Positions 14,701 to 26,700 of a stretch of DNA of 64,000 nucleotides are shown piece by piece (position 1 is the first letter of the stretch; each line of letters begins with the position of its first letter). Source of the stretch: Haliotis cracherodii (lineage: Eukaryota). The notes under the pieces were generated by a model. That model was not told the DNA's origin and made no database searches. It worked only from the letters and a program-made list of their open reading frames with translations. The stretch lies in NCBI RefSeq assembly GCF_022045235.1, contig NW_027266275.1, forward strand, positions 28,024,001 through 28,088,000, given 5' to 3'. The position numbers and the translations under genes were made by a program.

Positions 14701-17700
14701 CTAAATGCAATGATGATGATGTTGCAGGAAGCTGGTGAGTGAGCTGAAGACAACGAGGGTGGAGGAGATGAAGATACAGATGGAGGTTCTCTACCAGGAA
14801 CTGCTCCGCTTGCAGAACTCCCACGACACTGGTGCTGACAAATCTAGGTACATCTCACCCTTCAGAAGATTGTTTGCGCGTAAATAAAAGTTATGAGGAT
14901 TGCTTGAATGTGCCTGCGATTGTATATTGAGATTTCGTAGGGTTGCCATGTTAAATATATAGCTTTGTGACATTATCTTATCCATTCTCAAGGACTATAG
15001 GAGATTAATAGCAGGTACATGTCATCCTAAGGGTAAGGTCACTGACTGATGTTTGTGTATGACCTCCATTTGGTAAGGCCACTGACTGATGTTTGTGTGT
15101 GACCTCCATTGGGTAAGGCCACTGACTGATGTTTGTGTGTGACCTCAATAGTGAAAGGCCGCTGATCGATGTTTGTATGTGACCTCAATAGTGAAAGGCC
15201 ACTAACTGATGTTTGTGTGTGACCTCCATCGGGTAAGGCCACTGATTGATGTTTGTATGTGACCTCAGTAGTGAAAGGCCACTGACTGATGTTTGTGTAT
15301 GACCTCAATAGTGTAAGGCCATGGACTGATGTTTGTATGTGACCTCCATTGTGTGAGGCCACTGACTGATGTTTGTATGTGACCTCCATTGTGTAAGGCC
15401 ACTAACTGATGTTTGTATGTGACCTCCATTGTGTAAGGCCACTAACTGATTTTGACCCCCAAAGGATAAGACCACTTACTAATAATGTTTGTATGTGACC
15501 TCCAAAGGACAAGGCCACTAACTGATAATTTGTATATGTGACCTCCATAGGACAAGGCTACTGACTAATGTTTATGTGTGACCTCCACAGTGCAAGGCCA
15601 CTAACTGATAATGTTTGTATGTGACCTCCATAGGACAAGGCCACTAACTGATAATTTTTATATGTGACCTCCATAGGACAAGGCTACTGACTAATGTTTA
15701 TGTGTGACCTCCACAGTGCAAGGCCACTAACTGATAATTTTTGTATGTGACCTTCATTGGCTATGGCCAGTTACTGATGTTTGTATGTGATCTCCATTGT
15801 GTAAGGCCACTAACTGATAATGTGTGTATGTGACCTCCATAGGTTAAGACTACTAACTGATAATGTGTGACCTTGTGACCTTCATTGTAGGTCAAGAGCA
15901 GTCTGTAGTTTGTTCATGATGTTAGTGTGTCATGTACTCCGTCCTTCACCAGGGATAAGCTAAAATCTGTCTGAGGTAGTCTGATGTAAACACATATCTT
16001 ATGCGTGAAAAGTGAATATGTGAAACTGATGATAACAGTTGTAGGTCATGTTCAGTAAACCATAGGGAAAATCATACCTTGGTATCTGTGTAAACATTAT
16101 GCCAAACAAACATATGGAATACTAGAGTTTTCTTTAACAAAACAATCAACAAACAAGGATTAACATTTGTCTTTTAGATCGGGAAAGGAAAGTGGTGCAA
16201 AGGTGAAGGCGCTGAATCAGACTGTGCTTCGACTCAGTAAAGTCAACGAGCAGCTGCAGTCAGAGAACAAGGGGCTGAAGGAGGACCTAGAGAAGGCCCT
16301 GGAGGAAACTGATGAGGCCCCATCAGGCAGACGTAAGTACTGGGGGCACATAAGGCAGACGTAAGTACTGGGGGCACATAAGGCAGACGTAAGTACTGGG
16401 GGCACATAAGGCAGACGTAAGTACTGGAGGCACATAAGGCAGACATAACAGGGGGCACATAAGACAGACGTAAGTACTGGGGGCACATCAGGCAGATGTA
16501 AGAACTGGGGGCACACAAGGCAGACGTAAGTACTGGGGTCACATCGGGCATATGGAAGTACTGGGGCACATTGGGCAGATGTAAGTACTGGGGTCACATC
16601 GGGCAGATGTAAGTACTGGGGGCACATTGGGCAGACGTAAGTACTGGGGGCACATCGGGCAGATGTAAGTACTAGGGGCACATTGGGCAGACGTAAGTAC
16701 TGGGGGCACATGGGGCAGATGTAAGTACTAGGCGCACATTGGGCAGCCGTAAGTACTGGAGGCACATTGGGCAGCCGTAAGTACTGGGGGCACATGGGGC
16801 AGACGTAAGTACTAGGGGCACATGGGGCAGACGTAAGTACTGGGGGCACATGGGGCAGCCGTAAGTACTAGGGGCACATTGGGCAGACGTAAGTACTAGG
16901 GGCACATTGGGCAGACGTAAGTACTAGGGGCACATTGGGCAGCCGTAAGTACTAGGGGCACATTGGGCAGATGTAAGTACTGGGGCACATTGGGCAGATG
17001 TAAGTACTAGGGGCACATTGGGCAGACGTAAGTACTAGGGGCACATTGGGCAGCCGTAAGTACTGGGGCACATTGGGCAGCCGTAAGTACTAGGGGCACA
17101 TTGGGCAGATGTAAGTACTGGGGCACATTGGGCAGATGTAAGTACTGGGGTCACATCGGGCAGATGTAAGTACTGGGGCACATTGGGCAGATGTAAGTAC
17201 TGGGGGCACATGGGGCAGATGTAAGTACTGGGGCACATTGGGCAGATGTAAGTACTGGGGGCACATTGGGCAGATGTAAGTACTGGGGCACATTGGGCAG
17301 ATGTAAGTACTGGGGTCACATCGGGCAGATGTAAGTACTGGGGCACATTGGGCAGATGTAAGTACTGGGGCACATTGGGCAGATGTAAGTACTAGGGGCA
17401 CATTGGGCAGACGTAAGTACTAGGGGCACATTGGGCAGACGTAAGTACTAGGGGCACATTGGGCAGACGTAAGTACTAGGGGCACATTGGGCAGTCGTAA
17501 GTACTGGGGCACATTGGGCAGATGTAAGTACTGGGGTCACATCGGGCAGATGTAAGTACTGGGGGCACATTGGGCAGACGTAAGTACTGGGGGCACATCG
17601 GGCAGATGTAAGTACTAGGGGCACATTGGGCAGACGTAAGTACTGGGGGCACATTGGGCAGACGTAAGTACTGGGGCACATTGGGCAGACGTAAGTACTG

Positions 17701-20700
17701 GGGGCACATGGGGCAGATGTAAGTACTAGGCGCACATTGGGCAGACGTAAGTACAGGGTGCACATTGGGCAGCCGTAAGTACTGGGGGCACATGGGGCAG
17801 ACGTAAGTACTAGGGGCACATGGGGCAGACGTAAGTACTGGGGGCACATTGGGCAGACGTAAGTACTAGGGGCACATTGGGCAGATGTAAGTACTAGGGG
17901 CACATTGGGCAGACGTAAGTTCTGGGGGCACATTGGGCAGACGTAAGTACTAGGGGCACATTGGGCAGACGTAAGTACTGGGGGCACATTGGGCAGACGT
18001 AAGTACTGTCAAGCAGTAGTGAGTAGAAGTGTGGGGGGAGGCACATCAGTAGCAGAGAGTACATGATGATACAGCAAGTCACAGCATCAGAAGCAGCTTC
18101 AACTTTCGAAGGAGGTGGAAAGGGGTTCAAATGCTAAAAAATAATGTTAAGTTGTGAAGTAGGAGATAACACAGGGTGTTTTCTGTTGTTACTAATGATA
18201 ATCGATCAAGGTTGTTTATCATTTCAGGAGAGTACGAGGACATGAACAAGAGACAGTTGCTAGTAGCAATATCTAAAGCAGAGCGGGTACGTCAAAACAG
18301 TCATCCCAGACTTCTGTCACAATTCTCTAGTCCAATGAATTGCGTTGTTTTTGTCCAAAGGTTCATTTCTCAAAGAACTATATTATGCCATTCTCCCAGC
18401 TTACCAAACATTGTCTTAATTCTTGTCCAACAAGTGTAAAAATTTGGAAGCCCTCTCTAAAAAGATTAATGCTATTATTGCCAAATTAAAACTGGTTGTT
18501 ATGGATTTGTGGTTACTGAAAATCAGCGGTTCAATAACCCAAGTGAGTCGGGTCTGATCTTGAACTCTCCCAAGCGATATCTCCTGTGGGAGCCAGTTTT
18601 GGATGATAAATGTTAATCCTTGTTTGTCAGGACACAAGTAGATTATGTGGATCACAGTGTTAATACTTAATGTTTGTGTGCAGAGAGCAGAGCGGGCGGA
18701 GAGGAAGGCGGAGGCGGACAACACCTCCATGTTGTCTCTAGACAGTCGGCGCAGTGAAGTCCAGGGTACGTTCACTATCTGTAGAACCTGGGCCCCGTTC
18801 CACAAAGCGATCGTAGCACTACGACTGTCATAAGCCTATGCTAAAGAATGGGAGTTACGATCATCTTAGCGCTACGATCGCTTTGTGGAACGGGGCCCTG
18901 CTTGTGTTTGCAGGGTGATCAGCAACTGCTGTTCTGTTTGCTCTAGGAAACAGGAAAAAACCATCATGAAGCTACATAGATTGTATATTGAACAAGTATT
19001 TCTTTGTGTCATATATATATATCTGCAAATTGAAAACAACTAATATCACCTAGTTCTTCTTTTTCCAAAACAGGAATTGATACCAATTTTGATACCAATT
19101 AATTGGTGGTGTAACGATGCGGCAATACAGTATTGTATCGCAATATGAGGCCCATAATACAATCGATTGACGAACCCTGTATCGCGATACATACGATACA
19201 TTTCTATGCAAGTTATTTTGCTGTAAAAACGTGAATTATAACAGTAACAGCTCAACAACTAGCTTGCACAGATTGTCCAGTATTTCCTGGTTAGCTATAA
19301 ATAGCATAACAGCATAACATTCACAGTGCCTTCTCGCCTTTATGTTTCTGCACTACAGAATCCCATCTTCGATCTCTGAAATGTAGAAACATATGATTCA
19401 GGGTTGTGATTCACCTGCAAAAAGAAAGAATACCAACTGTATAAAATAAAAGTAATTTATCGCGATATGAATCATATCACACCCATAGTATTGAGATGCA
19501 TATTATATCGCGACCCCACTGTATTTCTACACCTCTGCAGTTAATGTCATATTTATGTCATCCCTGTCTATGTGTGTCCAATGCACACTGTGTAACAATG
19601 TGATGTCCTGCAGGCAAGATTGTGCTCCATGGCAGCATGGAAGAACGGTTGCACCAACTTGACCAGAGAGAGTCAGAGCTACTGGATGAAATTGAGAAAC
19701 TCAAGGTGAAGGTCAGGAGGCTGAATAACGAGATGAGCAAGAAAGGGTATGTTCTTTGATATTGACTTGTACTTGTAAACCTCCTTGCACTATGTTGTTG
19801 CATCTGTTGATGTTGATACTTTTGCATGCTACAGTATAGTCTTGGATCTCTGGCAGTTTTAGCAGCAACAGGAACGATTTAGGTGAAAGGGCATTATCAG
19901 TGATTCATATTGGGAAAGGGAGGTCACTCTAATTACAATGTGGAGCTATTTCCATTGTTTATTTGTTTTTGGAAAATGGTGTTAGTCTCGCAAAACGTTT
20001 TTGTAGTTCAATATATAAATTCACCATCTTATTTTGCAATGTTCGTAGAAGTGAGTTCTGCTGTACTTTCTACAAACTTTAATATTCCAATCCAATAATT
20101 CAGGAAAGTTACATAATTATATTTACAAAATAGTATTTTGTAGTACAGGTTTTTGGTGGTAGTGCATGTTCCCTTCCACAAGTGAGTTTAGTTTTGAATG
20201 TGGGTCTACCTTGCACGTACACTTAGGCAAGCAATGTTAGCTCCCTTCTCACACGACTAATAATATGGTTTCACCGAGAATTGTGCTTTATAAGAAAGTA
20301 ACATGCTACCACCTGTCCCACTATGACATAGAAGCTCTACTCAAGTTTTGTGTTTTAAAACAAACCGCATTAGAACAAGCCATTTTCATTTCAATGTGTT
20401 ACCATTACTTGTTTTATGCCATGCTTGTGACTAGCATTCTTTGCTGGGATTCCTCATCAACAAATTATTATTCTCACTGTATCATTTCAGCCGAGATTCA
20501 TCTGGTACACCAAGACGGCGGGACTCCCCCACTGGTGTGACTCCAAGAAGGCGCAGGTAAGATTATATGTGTGCTGGTCATTTTCTCGTCTCATGGTTGG
20601 CTACGCCAGAAACCTATGATTGTGGGTTCGAATCCCGGTTCGCCCTGATTATGTTTCTAGGTTTGTCAGCACCATACCCGTGCTCATGGGTTTCCCCGAA

Positions 20701-23700
20701 GTGGTAAACATCTGAGACCTGCATCACTTCGGGCTTTCCTCCCACATTAAGCTGACACGCCGTGATATAACTGGAATACTGTTAAAAGCGGTGTTAAACC
20801 CAACTCACTCACTCACTCGTCTCCTGGTTAATGTTTGTTGGTATCTTGTGTTGGTTGACCTGGAACTATAGATTCAGCACTGTCCAAATCTCATGTGTAC
20901 AGTCTTTTTGTTCCAGATCATCCTCAATAGACTCAGGCAGAGAGACAAATGTCCAGAGTTTTTCACAGAAAAAAGCCGCCAAAAGTATTCAGAGGCAATG
21001 GCGTCAGCATCGGGAGAAGAAACGTGAAGAAGAAGAGGTAGGGTAGACAACTCTGCTCTTGTAGTGGACACATGCATGACATCGTCTCCTGTTCTGTAAA
21101 CATTCAGATTATGTCAGTAATGCACAAGACCTCTCCTTTCACCTAAGTTTAAGATATAACTTTTCATCTGAATCCTTTTCTCCCATATCCAGTATCTCTT
21201 GCATGCATGCACAAAACTATCAAAATAAGAATTCACAGATAGGAAATATCAAAGTAATGTGATCATCCAAATGTGGCACTCTGTGTGATGTGTGGTGGCC
21301 TGCATGTGAGTAGCAGGGCCAGTGATGTCCACAGTCCGTCTGTCTCTACCTATCTCTGTTCTGTCCTCATGTGTCTAGAGATTAGCTATTCGAGTCGAGG
21401 AGATGCGTCGAACCCATGCGGCTCGGACAATACAGCGGAGGTGGACCAAACATCAAGGAGAGACCGAGAGAGTAGGACATTTCCCCGAACATGCTTAAGC
21501 TGTTGTCACATGTTATGCCGGTGTTGTGTCCGTGTTGTGTCACTGTGCTGTTACTTGAGTCACCAGTGTGGTCACCTGACGCGCCTTCCCTTTGCCTCGC
21601 ACTGCACCTGCATAGTGTTGATGAGCAGTGTAGTCACTGCCCGAAACACACACACACCATCAGTGATACCACCTCCCTTGCTTGCTGTGCATTGAATTAC
21701 TGCACCAATGTGTCTACCTTGCACCGATGTCCTGGAGCTGCGTTGCTTATCATTGCAGTGTTTGTATGCGACTGCACTCCGGTTATCAGTTCTCACACAC
21801 ATGAAACTCGTGAAACACATACATTGGTCTCAGATGTCACAATTTGCTGGGCAGAGTTGCTCTCTTATCCCTGCCAGCTGGTTGTGGTTCAAATCCCAGG
21901 TTCGTCCGGAGTATCATCCTTTGTTTGCTTGCACCATATCGATGTTCCTTGGTTTCACCAAGGAGTAAATGTCTTACGACCTGCATCTCATCAGCTGACA
22001 CACCTATAATTGACATACTGCTCACCTAACAACTCATTCATGTACATAAGACTTTGGTCTAATTATAGGTGAAAATACTCTCTCCCTTGTCTTCCTACAT
22101 GAGTGGAACACATTGACTGACATTTCCATTTAAATACATGAGTTAGTTTGCTGAGAAAATACGCACACCATCTGCGTGAAGTTTGTTTCACAGAACAAGT
22201 TGCATGATGGAATCACTCTCCTGACTGTACAAGTACCATGTGTGTGCAAGTTCTGTTTGATGACCTGTTGGATGCTTGAACATGCTATTTGTTACCCTGA
22301 CCTGTCGCACAGCTTGGTGTTGGAGGCTGACATAGACAAAAGCTGATGTCAGGAATTAAGGAGATGGGTCGGGCCGAGATTGAGGTCAGAGCAATAAGGA
22401 TGATGGGTTGGGTCAAGATTGAGGTCAGAGCATTAATGGAGATGGGTTGGGCCAAGACTGAGGTCAGAGCAATAAGGATGATGGGTTGGGTCAAGATTGA
22501 GGTCAGAGCATTAAGGGAGATGGGTTGGGTCAAGATTGAGGTCAGAGCATTAAGGGAGATGGGTTGGGCCAAGACTGAGGTCAGAGCAATAAGGATGATG
22601 GGTTGGGTCAAGATTGAGGTCAGAGCATTAAGGCAGATGGGTTGGGTCAAGATTGAGGTCAGAGCAATAAGGAGATGGGTTGGGCCAGGATTGAGGTCAG
22701 AGCATTAAGGGAGATGGGTTGGGTCAAGATTGATGTCAGAGCAATAAGGAGATAGGTTGGGTCAAGATTGAGGCCAGAGAAATCAGGGTGATGGGTCGGG
22801 TCAAGATTGAGGTCAGAGCATTAAGGCAGATGGGTTGGGTCAAGATTGAGGTCAGAGCAATAAGGAGATGGGTTGGGCCAGGATTGAGATCAGAGCATTA
22901 AGGGAGATGGGTTGGGTCAAGATTGATGTCAGAGCAATAAGGAGATAGGTTGGGTCAAGATTGAGGCCAGAGAAATCAGGATGATGGGTTGGGTCAAAAT
23001 TGAGGTCAGAGCATTTAGGGAGATGGGATGGGTCAAGGTTGAGGTCAGAGCAATAAGGATGATGTGTTGGGTCAAGATTGAGGTCAGAGCAATAAGGAGA
23101 TGGGTTGGGTCAGGATTGAGGTCAGAGCAATAAGGAGATGGGTTGGGCCAAGAATGAGGTCAGAGCATTAAGGGAGATGGGTTAAAGGGTTAGAAGGTAA
23201 GCATAATGAACATGATCTTTTGGGTCAAGGGGTCAATAGTGTGGTGTGTTGGATCCTGAGGGATTCAAGTGTCTTGACCAGGACAAGGAGTAGGAGTCTG
23301 TTGCTTCAGTAGCCATCAGCAAGAGGCAGCAGCTTCTACTGTTGTACTCAGCTTGGTCTGTGGTATAGGGCTGTCTCCTCAGTACAACACATATACCATT
23401 TAGTGATAATATGCACGTCAGCATACATATTCTCAGAGCTACAGATAAGCTGCATATGAGCATAAAATACCCCCCAAAAGTATTCAAAACCCAATCACTT
23501 TCAATTAACTTGCGTACATAAACGCATACATTAAATGAAAATGAAGCTTTTTCAGCATGCATACAATGGAGCTAATTTCCGAAACACAATTTCGAGCTAA
23601 TTTACTTTCCCAGGCAAGACTATATATTTAGAACAGTTATATACATCTAGAACATTATTTCTTTAATTTCTTTTTTAAGTCTTAAAATGTTCACTAATTT

Positions 23701-26700
23701 GGGGGAAAACCCAATCGAGTCATGAATAGATGAGTGAAAAAATACTGGTTACTGAATGAAAAATGTAATAACCCAATTAAGATAGAAACCCTAGAGTAAA
23801 AACTCAATCGCTCAAAAAAGTTATCTGGAGCTCTGTATTCTGCAAGAAGAATAGGAATAAACTTTTTCAATTTGTTGTCATGTCTTTATATATTTAGTTT
23901 AATAATCTTTGTTTCTACGAATGACTATTAACCTTGACTATACAACTGTTTCTACATCACTGTTTTTATCATGTGAACTGTTATGACACCCTATGTAAGT
24001 TAGGACATTCTATGTACATTATGACACCCTATGTAAGTTAGCACACTCTATGTACATTATGACACCCTATGTAAAGTGAACAACATATGAGCAGTGCACC
24101 GTGGCATCAACAGTAAAAGCCATTGTCTATTCAGTTTTGAATATGAAAAATGTCCATGCTCCATCCAGTAACCTGCCAGACGGGCCATGTGCTTCCTGTT
24201 TGGCAGCTGGACATATTCCCATTACGATGCCATATGTCGTTCACGTCTGTATTTATGCATGGTTTATTTTCTCGTCTTACTTTTGTCTTTGGTGTCCTTT
24301 TGTGATCAGATGCACAATGTGAACAAATTCCGTGAGAATCACGCAGCAAAAGCTATCCAGGCCAGATGGCGTCGACATCGCCAGGACGAAGAGGAGGATG
24401 AGGAAGTAGGTCGCAGGCTCACTGAACGATAACTGTTGGAAACACTGTGCATTGTGATGCATAGATATGGTTGAGGTTGTCTCAGTCTGGGCTTGGATTT
24501 CTATGGTTGTCAAAGGTTCCTGTACTTGAAGTCGATAGAACATCGATAAATGTGATAAGAGCCTAGTGTAATGCTAGCAAGGCAAGATGTTGCTTTCATC
24601 CAAACTATCAAAATGCACAGCTATTTAGCTATTGTTAGGGTATGCATCTTCTGTGAAAATTTCCATAGAATTCCAATGTTACTTTTCTGTTCTAGTTAAA
24701 ACATGACTCTCAAAAGATTTTGGTTTAAAATGTAAAACTGGAAAGTAATACCTCTCACAAGATTACTAAGAAATAGCAGGATACCCTTAAAACAATAGGC
24801 AAAAATGGCAGTTGGTTTATAAAAGTCTTGATAAGCGCTATGCTTTGTACATGGGAACCAGTTATTTTGCTGAAAGGGTTGCTGACAAATTGAGCTAAAA
24901 AATGTTTGGGTTCTTGAGTTTGGGATTATGGTAAATCCACCTTTCCAAGTAGCTGGTCCTAAAATCTTCGGTAATGTTTAATGTGTATGGGTAGTAAGTC
25001 AAGGCGTCGGATCACGAAAGCATGTTCACTAACCTGTGGTCGTGCATGCACTGATGTTTTGCTTTGGAACGTGAATAATGCAACATTTGTGTGTAAGACA
25101 ACTGTGTGTTTTTCTGTCTCTTCTGTCTGTCATTCTTGTCTCTCTGTCTGTTGTATCTGATATGCCCAGTGTATATACCTCCAGTATACAGTCGTGCAGA
25201 ACAGCATGAGTGTCATCGCAATGAAGGTGACAGTTGTGGGTGTTGCAGTCGTCACTGTGAAGGTGACATATCAATGACAGTAGTATTGCAAGGAGTGTGT
25301 TGTCTTGGTGACCTGAGTACTGTAATTCCTACATTAAGAGCCCAGGATACCGTTGTACAAATTGATGTTAGTGCTAAGGTGATTGTAACTCCCATGCCTT
25401 AACATAGACTTGTGACAGTCGTAGCTCTACGGTTGTTTTGTGCAATGGCACCCAGCCTTTGATAACCTGTTTACTATTGAACCCAGCCAATAGAGTATAG
25501 CTCTTTTTGAGACCAGGGGCCACTGGCACAAAGCGATCTTAGCCCTACGGTGATCGTAACTACCATAGTTTAACATAGACTTACGAGGATCGTAGCGCTA
25601 AGATCACTTTGTGGAATGGACCTTGGACCTTATTCCTTGTGTCATGAAGGTACAAGGACACCTTTGTTCCAATATAATTTATTGCATTGAATGTAAGAGG
25701 GATACTCATTAGCTGAAGCTGACCTAGCCCTTATTTTACTTACGGCTCTTATTTCAAAGTCTTGTCCCTAGACCAAGGTCTTAGTTGTTTGGGGAATGTA
25801 CGTCAGTCTTGATTCCGAAGTAGAATGGCGGACCTCATTACACCATGTTTGATGTAAGTCTTCAAAACTGGTGATCGATGGTAACAGTGTTGGAAGTTCA
25901 TATTGCATGTAACAGTACCTGGTGAATCACAGCTCTTGTTATCAAGCACAGGTTTTTCTGGTCCAGATGAATTTCCAGGCTGCCATGATACAGCTGCAGT
26001 ATCACTGACCACTGCATGAGCAATACTGTCACTGTGTTAGTATTGATCTATTAAGGAGATTTGAAATAGGTGACCCACCAGGAGATAAGGGACCTTATGT
26101 GTGAAACATCACATTTTGACTTAAATATTTTTTTTAAACCACAGTTTTTAAAAAATTAAAAAATCAAATAAAAAAAAATCATAGCTTCATTTCATATTTG
26201 TTACAGAGATACATGGACTCAAACATTTGGACTCATTTTCTGAAAACTGTTTATGTAAAGATTGCAGTTTTTAGGTATAATGTCTGAATAATTGAAAGTA
26301 GACATATGCTGAAATGTTTTGAAATAATGTTTTTATTACATTGCGAACTAATGGGAGAAAACTAAGATATTTTTGTGCAGTCCGCACACATGGCGATTTT
26401 TGCGGAAGTAAGTTGACATGACTTCTTTCTTTATGACGTCACAGCACAATTGTTTCCTGGCACCCATAAAGTCCCTTTTCTCCTGTCCTATGACTTACCG
26501 GTATGTCATAATGCAAGTAGGTTGTATCCAGTTGAGTGGAGTCGTGGTATTTGGTATCTACACGAGGGGTAAGGTGTTTGAGGAAGCAATATCTTTGGTA
26601 AAATATTTAAATTATGATATGTTAAATGTTTGTTTGTTTTTTAATGTGCTGATTTAATGTGTCTAGAGATGGATGGTACATCTATGTGAAGGAGGGTAGA

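Noticed and set aside
16217-18130. Cys/Pro-rich minus-strand ORFs resembling metallothionein or zinc-finger repeats
   Set aside because: They are translations of the 27-28-bp intronic minisatellite, with frames shifting between units.
22285-22708. Overlapping 13-aa-repeat ORFs on both strands
   Set aside because: A 39-bp minisatellite; no splice or homology support.
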